From IMG/VR virus record IMGVR_UViG_3300042402_007915, positions 1-64,000 of that record: a stretch of DNA of 64,000 nt; one strand, written 5' to 3'. The position numbers and the translations under genes were made by a program. The stretch comes from a virus. Below, piece by piece: positions 27,878 through 37,347 of this stretch (positions are counted from its first letter, which is position 1; every line of letters begins with the position of its first letter). Below the pieces are notes generated by a model, which was not told the DNA's origin, ran no database searches, and saw nothing but the letters and a program-made list of their open reading frames with translations.

Positions 27878-27958
27878 CCATAGAAAGAAAAAGGCTATCC
27901 CTCCTAAGGGGATAGCCTATGCCAGTGCTTTTTTGTTAACTCGGAAAGCTAACCGAGA
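27878..27958. repeat. double-hairpin intergenic repeat, copy 3
   Basis: GCTTTTTTGTTAACTCGGAAAGCTAACCGAG is nearly identical to copy 1. Confidence 0.75.
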
Positions 27959-27964
27959 GGGTAG

Positions 27965-28105
27965 TTAGATCTTCTTGATCTTCTCCCCAAAAATCAGGAG
28001 GATGAAAAACAGAACGATGCCAACGAACATCGTCGTGGCGTCGCCCTCATACAAACCCTTGAGGAAGCAGAAGCAACCAATGCCCAAAATCGGAAGAATG
28101 AACAT
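27965..28105 (-). CDS. small two-TM peptide
   Basis: GGAGAG RBS, 46 aa. Confidence 0.6.
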   Translation of the reverse strand: MFILPILGIGCFCFLKGLYEGDATTMFVGIVLFFILLIFGEKIKKI

Positions 28106-28232
28106 AGTACTCTCCAAAGAGCCTACTACCCTTACCTCAAGGCACGCGTGTACCCATGTACACCCACCTATATCGGTTTCTATAGTAGCTAGACCCATAG
28201 AAAGAAAAAGGGCCCTAAGGCCCTGTGTACCA

Positions 28233-28382
28233 CTACTTGCAGCGGTACATGCAGGCGGTAAGAATACCGCCTGCGAAGGAGAACACCCCCGCCACAAGGG
28301 CGGGGGTGTGGGAGACGGTGACACCCAGGGCAATCAAGCCCATGAGCGCCACCGACGGGGCGTACTTCACGATAGGGCTCAT
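28233..28382 (-). CDS. small two-TM peptide
   Basis: AGGAGG RBS, 49 aa MSPIVKYAPSVALMGL...; absent from the ORF track. Confidence 0.6.
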   Translation of the reverse strand: MSPIVKYAPSVALMGLIALGVTVSHTPALVAGVFSFAGGILTACMYRCK

Positions 28383-28528
28383 CCCTACCTCCTACCCATA
28401 CACTACCCCTATACTACATGCCATGGTACCCACTACCATGCACATACTAGGGGATATAGGTATGGGCTATATGTCGTAGATAGTAAAGAAAAAGGCCACC
28501 ACACCTTACGGTGTGGTGGCCTAGTGCC

Positions 28529-28732
28529 TCAGTAGAAGCGCGGGCGAGGGCCGGGGCGGCCCGCCTCGCGCCACTTGTGGACCTGCTCCTGCCAGCTCTT
28601 GACCGGCCAGGAGCCGTACAGGCCCGCCTTCTCGTCGGCCTCGATCATCTTCTCCCAGCTCCAGGCCCCCATCCAGCCGAGGCTGGAGGTGACGATGGTA
28701 ACGACGATGAAGAAGCGGAAGTTGTCAGACAT
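28529..28732 (-). CDS. small membrane protein
   Basis: GGAGG RBS, ATG 28732, N-terminal TM segment. Confidence 0.65.
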   Translation of the reverse strand: MSDNFRFFIVVTIVTSSLGWMGAWSWEKMIEADEKAGLYGSWPVKSWQEQVHKWREAGRPGPRPRFY

Positions 28733-28936
28733 GTGTCCTCCAAGGTCTACCCATCTCTTCCTCATATGCTCACTATGCACGAAGCATAGTTGCATCCTTT
28801 CGGATTCTGGATGGGTTAGATCCATAGAAATAAAAAGGGACTACCCATTGCATTGCGGTAAGTCTGCCAAGGCATATTACTTTACCCGGGTGGGCTCGCA
28901 ACGATAGGGGACCCTAAAATCGCCTATATCAATACC

Positions 28937-29175
28937 AGGTACCTCCCGAAAATATATTTCATTTTCATTCTCAGGACTGACCATGAGGTATCTCCCGAAA
29001 ATATATTTCTTTCTCTTCCCCGGAACCACGAGCTGTACCACTCTAGACCTCCTCTCAAAATATATTTCCACCTACCCCTTTGCTCGCGTAAACAACCTAC
29101 CCCAACCTACCCCTTGTTTCTATTATTTTTTGCAGTTCAGAATGTCCTAGTAAAGGCCGGATTCTACCCCTGCCT
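28937..29175. repeat. direct repeats at the strand switch (CTCYCRAAATATATTTC-like x3; CTACCCC x4)
   Basis: Copies near 28943, 28992 and 29052; CTACCCC at 29072, 29097, 29107 and 29164. Confidence 0.65.
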
Positions 29176-29270
29176 TTTGCTGAAAAAGTTATGTAGACAG
29201 TGCTGAGCCCTTTACTTTCCCTCTTGTCTAGGTCTACTTTGGTGTTACTAACAAGAGGGGGCCGCACCTT

Positions 29271-29513
29271 ATGTTCTATGAGTTTTCTGTTAGAGTTAAA
29301 GGGTTGTATGATAAACTCAACTCTCTTAATGAGTTACATTGCTATCGGTACTTCTTCTTCGTTAAGAATTCTTCTTTGGGTACTGAATGTCGTTATGCTA
29401 AGTTAAGTGAAAAGATGTTTGTCCAAGAGAAGGAAAAGGAAAAGGCCGCCGCTATTCTCACTGCGATTAAGGATGAGTGCGATGTTTTACTCCGCCAACT
29501 TGAAACTCTCTAG
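29271..29513 (+). CDS. hypothetical protein
   Basis: 80 aa, GAGGGG RBS, first rightward gene. Confidence 0.55.
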   Translation: MFYEFSVRVKGLYDKLNSLNELHCYRYFFFVKNSSLGTECRYAKLSEKMFVQEKEKEKAAAILTAIKDECDVLLRQLETL

Positions 29514-29572
29514 AACTGACAGTTTGTTTGAGCTAATTGATACTGAGACCGGAGTGGTCGTTTGGAGTTGCT

Positions 29573-29761
29573 ATGCTACAGGTTACCAAGGTTGTTGTTG
29601 ATGGGAAGACAGTTCTTAAGTTTACTCCTGTTGAGGGCAAGGTAGAGAATACTGTTCCCTCTGAGTTGGTTGAACGTGCTATCAAGGCTACTCAGGATAT
29701 TGAGCCCTTGACTGAGGACTTTGTAAGTAGGCGCGAAGATTGGAGGCACACGGATGGCTAA
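29573..29761 (+). CDS. hypothetical protein
   Basis: GGAG RBS, ATG 29573, overlaps the next start. Confidence 0.55.
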   Translation: MLQVTKVVVDGKTVLKFTPVEGKVENTVPSELVERAIKATQDIEPLTEDFVSRREDWRHTDG

Positions 29762-30545
29762 GAAGCTCTTTACATTGCCGGGAGATACGAGTCTCGAGCG
29801 TAGGCAGGAAGACGCAGTTAACGACATCATCAATGGTGATGGCAGTTATGAGAACTACATTGAGAGTCTTTCTGAGACCAAGAAGAAGCGTATTGAGCAG
29901 TCCGTGTCTCGGCGTAGGCATGGAATGCACACTGTTGCTCCTATTCAATGTATGGGGCCTTCTAAATGTCCTTTCTTTAGTCAGTGTCCTATCCCAGAGA
30001 GGGATGAGAATGGCCGCCCGATTGAAGGAGACGAGACGGACTACCCTCTGTACAGGCCGTGTGTCTTTGAAATGACCTTCCTCCAACAGAAGACCGTCGA
30101 TTACCTTCTTCATCTCAAGGTAGACCCTTCCAACCCAGTTGAAATGGCAATTGTTAATGAGTTGGCCATTCTTGACTTGTATAAGCAGCGCGGGCTTCTT
30201 GTACTTTCCAATGGAGACAGGGATGGAGATGGTCGTGACTTCCTTAAAGTGGACATTAATGAGATGCAGGGTGAGCATGGAATGCTAATGCAGAGGTCTA
30301 CTCAGTTACATCCCGTGGTGGCTTTGCTAAACAGCAACGAAAGCCGTAGGGCGAAGATCCTTGAGCAGCTAATGGAAACTAGGAAGGCTCGCGCTGATCA
30401 GGCCTACCGAATGGGCGACACCCAAATTTCCTCTGCACTTAGGAATGAAATTGAGGCAATCCGGAAGGCCTTGCAAGAAAGAACTGACAAAAAGGAAGTG
30501 CTTACTCTGGAAGAACCCAAAAAGACAAAACTTAAAATTGAATAG
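29754..30545 (+). CDS. putative terminase small subunit
   Basis: Position upstream of TerL; RHG motif, Cys cluster and helical C-terminus; assignment mainly positional. Confidence 0.4.
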   Translation: MAKKLFTLPGDTSLERRQEDAVNDIINGDGSYENYIESLSETKKKRIEQSVSRRRHGMHTVAPIQCMGPSKCPFFSQCPIPERDENGRPIEGDETDYPLYRPCVFEMTFLQQKTVDYLLHLKVDPSNPVEMAIVNELAILDLYKQRGLLVLSNGDRDGDGRDFLKVDINEMQGEHGMLMQRSTQLHPVVALLNSNESRRAKILEQLMETRKARADQAYRMGDTQISSALRNEIEAIRKALQERTDKKEVLTLEEPKKTKLKIE

Positions 30546-30563
30546 TTACAACAGTTAAGGTAT

Positions 30564-30584
30564 AAGGGGCTTCGGCCCCTTTTC
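30564..30584 (+). terminator. intrinsic terminator
   Basis: AGGGGC TTCG GCCCCT followed by a T run. Confidence 0.65.
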
Positions 30585-30601
30585 CTTTCTCTCGAGGTCA
30601 C

Positions 30602-33600
30602 ATGGAAGACTGGATTAAGAAATATCTTGCCAATTCAGGCATCCTCGACACCGAAACCCTTGGCAGAGAGACTGGTTCGGGTATCCATGAACTGTCCTAC
30701 TACTCGTTTGCCAAGAATCAAGTAACTGAGTACTTACCGGCTCCGACTGTTGTAGATGTGTTGAGTGGTGTGCCTCAAGACGAAGCAAATATGCGTTCGT
30801 TCAAGGGCAACGTTTACTCTTCTCGTGTGTTTGCTGACTGGCGTACTGCTCTGCAGGACATGCTTGTTAACAAATACAAGATGGAGCTGGCGAATCTGCA
30901 GACTGATGATCATATCAAACATGCAATCTCTACTGTTAACTCGTTCTTGTATAAGCACCTTTATGAAGATAAGGCGTATCCTCACTTGTTAGGTGGTGCT
31001 CCTACTGCACAAGAGCTGGCCAAGAGAGAGGCAGAGTTTAAGCGTAGCGGTGTTAACTATAAGTTTGGTGGTTATGGTCTCACTGCTGAAGAGATGTATA
31101 AGCCCGGCGGAATTCTTCACTCTGCAATTAGAGAGACTGCAGATCCTACGATGGGCAGTACCGTCTGGATTGCTAACGCTAACTTCGAATCTAAACAGAT
31201 TGGCGCTTATGTTGGTGCAATGGCACAGGCCGGGGGTCCTGGCTCTGAGGACTTTAAGAGCATTTTTGAGTCTCGCTCTTCAACTCCGGAGCCTTTCTAC
31301 GTCACTGGAGCTGCTGTCAATAGGGCCCGCTCTAATGCACAGCTCACAGGAGACTGGACCCAAGTTTGGAAGGCCTATCGCGACAATACTCCTAAAGCAG
31401 GAGAGGTTGCTGTTCGAGACACCCTTGATCTTTCCAGGTCAATTCTGTCTTATGGTCAGAAGTTAAATCTGATTGATGTTAAAACGAAACAGACTCCTGG
31501 TGTTGGTACTGATTACCAAGAAAGACTGTTAAGAGGTGCTTTTGAGACCACTCGGGAGGGTCGTCTTAAGGGCATGCTTGCTTCTGAAGCCCACAGAGCA
31601 GCAGAAGACGCAGCTAGGTCTGAACGTTACGTACTTGAGAAGTCTCTTCAGGCTTTGTCTGTCCTTGAGAGAGTAGAGAAAGGTGGCGCCGATGCTGACA
31701 CCCTCTTAAGGGAAGCAGCAGAAGGTAGAGGTCCTCTTGCCCCTGTTATGCGGTACTTTGAGATCTACAATCAGTCCCTTGCACCAGCAATCAGAAGAAG
31801 GCACCTCTTGCAACAGTTTGAACGAGGGGTAACGGACTTAGAAACAAAGGGGTACGCCACACACACAACCGGGATTGACCAAACAATCGCGGAAAGACAA
31901 AAAACCCCAAGCGGACGGGCAACGACAATCCAGAGGAACTTGTACGCACAAAAGTACTTCAGGGACCCAGAAGAATATGGGCGGTATATTTCGCAAACTG
32001 GGGAGTTCCAGAAGTACGGATTTGATCCCGATGCCGAATGGAAGGCAATGCAGGAGTTTATAGACGAAGAACTCAAACACAGGCCAACTGCGACTCGGGC
32101 TACTCTTGCTACTGAATACGTTGAGACTGAAACGGGCGACTCTTTAACGAGTTACTTTGACAATAACGCTGCTAGGCTTTCTGGTTTGTCTGGTAGTTTC
32201 AATACCAGGAGAGTAAGGGCGGGTGGTATTCACTCTACTCAGGGGTTGCATACTTGGGCGACTGGTAAGATTGCCGGTGCAATTAAGAAGGCCCCGCTTG
32301 CGTTTGGTGCGGCCTCCGTTTTTGGTCTTGTTGGTGGAACCCTTGCGGCAGTTACAACCCCTTCTGAGGAACGGTACGCACCCCAAAACAGCATTCTGAG
32401 TATGTCTTACAGTGAATACTCGGCCGCAAGAGATTTAGAGACAGCAACTCACGACGGTTTCCCTGAAAAGGGCCTAGCAAAAATGACTAGGTCCAGCAGA
32501 ACAGACTTCGGATCGCCTTATCAGGGACCGGCCACCTCTTTATCAGTAATAGTACATCAAGACCTACTTAGAGCAAGAGAGCAAGAGCAGAGAAAGAAGT
32601 ACGGCGGCGGAAGTTACGACGAAAGGCCTGAATTGAGGTCAATGTTCACCTACACGAGACAAAGAAATACTGCACTGTCAGGTGATCCAGCTGATGGTTT
32701 GTTTACTGGTCTAAGAAACCAAAATGGAATGAAAGTTCTTAACATCGATGACAGCTACGACTTCGAAATCGAAGACGTTGACACGGTAAAGCTGCAAAAG
32801 AGGGGAATGTTTGCCTCCTTGCAGCGGTTCATGGGACTGGGCGGCTCCTATACCTTCCGTCTCGAGGGCATTGACGCTACAGAAACAAGCCACGGGATGT
32901 TTGACGACTCATGGCATACGCCACAACCTGGAGCACAGGAATCAATTGCAGGCTTCCAGAGGCTAGTACAAAAGGGCGGCCTTCAAATGGTGTTTGACCC
33001 CAATGACAACACCTATGGTCGCGGAGTAGGAACGCTCTTTTCTAACGGACAAAACATAAACCAAAAACTAGTAGAACAGGGTTTGGCGGCACATCTTCCT
33101 TACGGCTCATACATGGATGCACATGCAAACTGGGATGCAATGAGAAAAGCAGAACAGAAAGCTGTAGATGCCAGGAGAGGAATATGGTCGACAGCTTGGG
33201 CACAGACTTATAGGCACTTTACTGACTCTGCTGGAACTCAGATTACGTTCAACACGTTTGCTAGACCAAGTAAAATGGCCGAAAACTACAAAACAATGGA
33301 ATTGATCAGCCTTATGGAGCAGGCACAAGAGAAGGGCGCCATTTCTCCTCTCCAGGCCGAAACTGCATCTGCAATAGGCAAGTCATGGTCTCAATTCGGA
33401 GACAAGATGACCCCTTACCAGATTGAAGGAAATATTGCCGCCAACTACAGAGCGTCTATGCCCTCACTGATCAGAGACAATACTTCATTCATGCAAACCC
33501 AAGGAACCGGAAGTAACCCCAACAAGCTCGAAACAAAGAACTTTAACGACCTGAACGGTTACTTAGCAGTAGATTCAATGGGAAGCACAAACAGCCCCTA

Positions 33601-33742
33601 TACAAAAAATGCCTACCAGGCGTATGAAGTGTATGGCGTTGACAAAAAAAGAGCAGCTGAAAGAAGAGCTAGAATGGCTGCTATGCAAAGAAACATCAAC
33701 AACAAGTTTGGCGAGTCACCCATTAACCACCACAGGATGTAA
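30602..33742 (+). CDS. DEDDh 3'-5' exonuclease plus SNase (thermonuclease) fusion
   Basis: N-terminal LDTET, ANANFE, DTLDLSR, AHRAAED; C-terminal DVDT, RLEGIDATE, YGR, INQKLVEQGLA, RRGIW. Confidence 0.75.
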   Translation: MEDWIKKYLANSGILDTETLGRETGSGIHELSYYSFAKNQVTEYLPAPTVVDVLSGVPQDEANMRSFKGNVYSSRVFADWRTALQDMLVNKYKMELANLQTDDHIKHAISTVNSFLYKHLYEDKAYPHLLGGAPTAQELAKREAEFKRSGVNYKFGGYGLTAEEMYKPGGILHSAIRETADPTMGSTVWIANANFESKQIGAYVGAMAQAGGPGSEDFKSIFESRSSTPEPFYVTGAAVNRARSNAQLTGDWTQVWKAYRDNTPKAGEVAVRDTLDLSRSILSYGQKLNLIDVKTKQTPGVGTDYQERLLRGAFETTREGRLKGMLASEAHRAAEDAARSERYVLEKSLQALSVLERVEKGGADADTLLREAAEGRGPLAPVMRYFEIYNQSLAPAIRRRHLLQQFERGVTDLETKGYATHTTGIDQTIAERQKTPSGRATTIQRNLYAQKYFRDPEEYGRYISQTGEFQKYGFDPDAEWKAMQEFIDEELKHRPTATRATLATEYVETETGDSLTSYFDNNAARLSGLSGSFNTRRVRAGGIHSTQGLHTWATGKIAGAIKKAPLAFGAASVFGLVGGTLAAVTTPSEERYAPQNSILSMSYSEYSAARDLETATHDGFPEKGLAKMTRSSRTDFGSPYQGPATSLSVIVHQDLLRAREQEQRKKYGGGSYDERPELRSMFTYTRQRNTALSGDPADGLFTGLRNQNGMKVLNIDDSYDFEIEDVDTVKLQKRGMFASLQRFMGLGGSYTFRLEGIDATETSHGMFDDSWHTPQPGAQESIAGFQRLVQKGGLQMVFDPNDNTYGRGVGTLFSNGQNINQKLVEQGLAAHLPYGSYMDAHANWDAMRKAEQKAVDARRGIWSTAWAQTYRHFTDSAGTQITFNTFARPSKMAENYKTMELISLMEQAQEKGAISPLQAETASAIGKSWSQFGDKMTPYQIEGNIAANYRASMPSLIRDNTSFMQTQGTGSNPNKLETKNFNDLNGYLAVDSMGSTNSPYTKNAYQAYEVYGVDKKRAAERRARMAAMQRNINNKFGESPINHHRM

Positions 33743-33745
33743 CTA

Positions 33746-34738
33746 ATGAGCCAAGGACTTCTAAGTTTCCTGTCTAACACCCTCAACAGGGGGTTTATTG
33801 ACGCAATCGGTGGCAACTACGTAGGTATGGGTCAGGGGACTCGGATTTACGAGTTTGGTCCCTCTCGCTTTTCGGTAGCAAGCAAGGCACCTGCCGCATT
33901 CGGTAAATCAGTAAGAGCTGGTTTAATTGGTGGCGCTGTTGCTGTCGGCCTAAACGTCTTTACGGACAGTGATCCGTCTGTGTTGGGAATGGCAGGCACT
34001 TTCTCTTTTATGGGAATGATGTCTGCAGGTATGCCAGACTTTAAGAACCCAATGAAAATGCCAGGGAGAGGTGCAAGCTCGCTACTTGGTGTGGCGGCCC
34101 CTCTTCTCTTCTCTGGGTGGAATATCTGGAATGGTTACAACAACGAAGGCCTTCAGGGAGCAAAAGACGCGGCAATCTTTGACGTGGCCGTAGCTGGTGG
34201 TGCTTCTTTTGGTATTAGAGGACAAGTACTCAAATCTACAGTAGGAGACGCCACCTATGGAATCACAAGTCGAGTCACGAACAAAGGACCGCTACGTAAC
34301 GCAGGTAGATATCTTGGTGCGGCGGTTGGTGCAACGCTTGGCGGATCTATTGGAGAGTATATTGGGGTACCTGGTGGTGAAACTGCTGGAGTTATTGGTG
34401 GAGCTCTACTTGGAGGGGCGCCGCTTAGAACGTTTGCGAGATTCCCAAAAGCCACAGCAGCGGGTGTAGTTGGAATGGCAGTTGGTGCAGGGGTTGCAAC
34501 TGTAGGTAAGGGCGCCGGATACGTAGTTAAAATGGCAAATGCACATCAAAAGGCAAGAAGATCTATACAAACGGACGGATCTTTGGCAGCTTTTATGACT
34601 GAAGGTGCAAGTACTATGCGTTCTCGAGCAGTACAAGCGATCCAGAACTCGCATATGAATGCGAGATCCGCGCTAGGTAGAGAAGCTAACTTTATGCACT
34701 ACCCCAGCAAGAACTACCATTCGAGTTATAGGATGTAA
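33746..34738 (+). CDS. Gly/Ala-rich putative virion (ejection/membrane) protein
   Basis: Glycine-zipper hydrophobic segments; located in the morphogenesis arm. Confidence 0.55.
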   Translation: MSQGLLSFLSNTLNRGFIDAIGGNYVGMGQGTRIYEFGPSRFSVASKAPAAFGKSVRAGLIGGAVAVGLNVFTDSDPSVLGMAGTFSFMGMMSAGMPDFKNPMKMPGRGASSLLGVAAPLLFSGWNIWNGYNNEGLQGAKDAAIFDVAVAGGASFGIRGQVLKSTVGDATYGITSRVTNKGPLRNAGRYLGAAVGATLGGSIGEYIGVPGGETAGVIGGALLGGAPLRTFARFPKATAAGVVGMAVGAGVATVGKGAGYVVKMANAHQKARRSIQTDGSLAAFMTEGASTMRSRAVQAIQNSHMNARSALGREANFMHYPSKNYHSSYRM

Positions 34739-34740
34739 GC

Positions 34741-35172
34741 ATGATTAACTTTAGCCACAAAACTGCTCTTTGGAATGAGATCCGAGAACTCCTAGTCGCA
34801 GGTAAGCGCGTAGCCGTGTTCGGCAATGATCAGAATTTTGAAGACTTAGTTTCTTTCCTCATTCCGGTTGTTTACATCCAGCTCGAACACGAAGGTCCGC
34901 CTCCCAAAAGGATCGGAAAGTCTTGGTCTATCCCCGTAACTAACTACAATACTGTCATTGAGTTCTACAATACAGACAGTATGGATCAGATTGACGAATT
35001 CAAAGACAGGTATCTTCTTAACCCCAGCAAGCTGGATTACATTGTTACAATTGAGCTCCGTGATAACCCGACTGTCTTTGATGCTCTCATGATGGATGTA
35101 TTGCCTGTTTTGGCAATCATCTCCGAAACTGAACCCGACATTTACGTTCAAAGGAAGATTTTTGATGTCTGA
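34741..35172 (+). CDS. hypothetical protein
   Basis: 143-aa ORF overlapping the TerL start. Confidence 0.65.
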   Translation: MINFSHKTALWNEIRELLVAGKRVAVFGNDQNFEDLVSFLIPVVYIQLEHEGPPPKRIGKSWSIPVTNYNTVIEFYNTDSMDQIDEFKDRYLLNPSKLDYIVTIELRDNPTVFDALMMDVLPVLAIISETEPDIYVQRKIFDV

Positions 35173-37345
35173 AGAGCTGACCCTAAAAGGCCTAGAGAAG
35201 AGGCTGTACACTAAGAACGAGTACGGCATTAAACACCAAGACCCTAACCTTTCCCTCTCTGAGGAGGAAGAGGCGTTTCTTAGGGACTTGTTTACCATTC
35301 CTAGTCACTGGCATAAGACTTGCGTCTCTTGTATTGCAAGGCAGCATGCAAAGTACGGAGAAAACAAGATTAAGTGCAAAGGCATCAATAGTGAGTTGCC
35401 CGAAGGGTCCGCCGAGCTACTTGACGAGTTAGTAATTGAAAAGGGCATCGACAAAGACAGGGCCCTTCTGGTCCTTCGTGCAAGCCAAGACCCAGTTGCT
35501 TGGGCCGAGCTGATGTTTGGTTTTGATGACAAGACAAAAGGCACTGAAAACGAGTACTACATTCGGTCATATCAGAAAGAGCAGCTTCGTTGTACGGCCG
35601 AAAGTATGGTCATACGTGAAGGAAGGCGTACTGGTAAGTCTTTCGTTATTGCACTTAAGCTGATTTGGTTAGCCTTTAACCACAAAGTGTCTCGAGGCAT
35701 GAAAGACGGAGTTGCTGTAACTACAGGACCCCAAATTCTCATTGTTACTCCATACCAAGTACAGATTGACAACATCTTCCAAGAAATTGAAGGGCTACTA
35801 CTAAAGTGCCCTGAGCTGGCAGATGAGGTTTTGACTGGAAATAGCGGCTCTCTGTACGCCAAGACTCCTCCTTTGCGTATGGAGTTCAAGAACAGAGCTA
35901 GTATCAAGGGATTCGTTTCAGGCGTCTCAGCCAAAACTGACGGTACTGCAGGAGGTACTATCCGCGGACAGTCGGCCGACATCATTTACCTGGACGAGAT
36001 GGACATGATCCCCGAACCCATCTTGACCAACGCTATCCTCCCGGTACGTCTTACTCGTCGTGGAACGAGGATGATTGCCACCTCAACGCCTATCGGAAAG
36101 CGTGGCCACTTCTATAACTGGTGCAAAAACAGCTCAAATTACAAAGAAGATCACTTGCCCACTACAGTCTTGCCACACTGGGAAAGCGAAAAAGACAGTA
36201 TCCTAGGAGATCAGACTAAAGACTCACTCATGGCAGAGTACATGGCTGAGTTCATTGATGGAGATAACTCGGTATTTAAGTCTGAATGGATTAGAAGGGC
36301 CCGTTTTGAGTATGAATACGCCAAAACCACCTCGCATCGGTATGTAAAAGAGCGGCTCTTTGTTCAAAAGCCCCAAACTCTCTCAAAATGCCTTGGTATC
36401 GACTGGAACAAGAATGCTGGCACTGAATTCGTTGTCACTGGCTACGACAGAGACGCTCATAGGTGGGTAGTCCTTGAGGCAACAAACATCCCTCAGTCCG
36501 AGTGGTCTTCAATCAGGTGGAAAGAAGAGGTAATTCGCCTAAATCAGAAGTGGGAACTTGATTACATCTACGCAGACGAAGGATATGGCCACACAATCAT
36601 CGAAGACTTGCGTGCTTACTCACTAGCAATGCAGTCTATCGAGAAACCGGACGCAAGACAGAAGTCAATTGCACGTCTAGTAAACGTAATTAAGAGCCTC
36701 AACTTCTCATCTAAGATCATCTTGCGTTCTCCCGTAGATGGCAAGGAAATTCCAAAGACAGCAAAGGACTTCCTGATTGAGAACACAATCCGTATCTTTG
36801 AAGAGGACGCCGTTGCTTATCCTCTCGAGGACGACCAGCTGTTCAAAGAACTAGAAAACTACACAATCTTGAGAAGAAACCCAAGTACTAACAAGGCTGT
36901 TTATGGCCCCAAATCTGACAAGATTGGAGACCATAGGCTGGATGCCTTTATGTTGAGTCTTGGTGGGTTGTTCTTGGAGTTAAGTGAGTACAGTCCTAAC
37001 ATGTATGGAAGCTCGAACGCGCACTCCTTAGACAAAGAGACCCTTGAGAAGAGAGCGCAGGCAGAAGAAGCCGAAGGTACTGTTTCTCAATTCTTCAGGG
37101 ATATGAAGAAGACAAATGTTTCCCTAGACATGACTGCATTGTTAGTTTATGGAAATGATGGTAAAATCCTAAATAACCCAAATGAGGTAGAAAAGCTTTC
37201 TCATATTGGTAGAAGAGGGAAACCAAATACGTCTGGGTCTGCTTACGAGCACTACAAGGAACTAAGAAACGTTCCTAGCGGAGATCCTGACTATGCTCAA
37301 CAGAGTGAAGCAAAAGTTCTAACTCGTAGAGGATTCAGGAGGTAG
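35165..37345 (+). CDS. terL: terminase large subunit
   Basis: Walker A GRRTGKS, Walker B IIYLDEMD, TSTP motif III; RNase H-like GIDWN, ADEGYG, DHRLDA. Confidence 0.95.
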   Translation: MSEELTLKGLEKRLYTKNEYGIKHQDPNLSLSEEEEAFLRDLFTIPSHWHKTCVSCIARQHAKYGENKIKCKGINSELPEGSAELLDELVIEKGIDKDRALLVLRASQDPVAWAELMFGFDDKTKGTENEYYIRSYQKEQLRCTAESMVIREGRRTGKSFVIALKLIWLAFNHKVSRGMKDGVAVTTGPQILIVTPYQVQIDNIFQEIEGLLLKCPELADEVLTGNSGSLYAKTPPLRMEFKNRASIKGFVSGVSAKTDGTAGGTIRGQSADIIYLDEMDMIPEPILTNAILPVRLTRRGTRMIATSTPIGKRGHFYNWCKNSSNYKEDHLPTTVLPHWESEKDSILGDQTKDSLMAEYMAEFIDGDNSVFKSEWIRRARFEYEYAKTTSHRYVKERLFVQKPQTLSKCLGIDWNKNAGTEFVVTGYDRDAHRWVVLEATNIPQSEWSSIRWKEEVIRLNQKWELDYIYADEGYGHTIIEDLRAYSLAMQSIEKPDARQKSIARLVNVIKSLNFSSKIILRSPVDGKEIPKTAKDFLIENTIRIFEEDAVAYPLEDDQLFKELENYTILRRNPSTNKAVYGPKSDKIGDHRLDAFMLSLGGLFLELSEYSPNMYGSSNAHSLDKETLEKRAQAEEAEGTVSQFFRDMKKTNVSLDMTALLVYGNDGKILNNPNEVEKLSHIGRRGKPNTSGSAYEHYKELRNVPSGDPDYAQQSEAKVLTRRGFRR

Positions 37346-37347
37346 TT

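Noticed and set aside
28877-29071. 64-aa ORF at the strand switch
   Set aside because: Its repeated IYF/YIF peptides arise from the DNA direct repeats; coding support is weak
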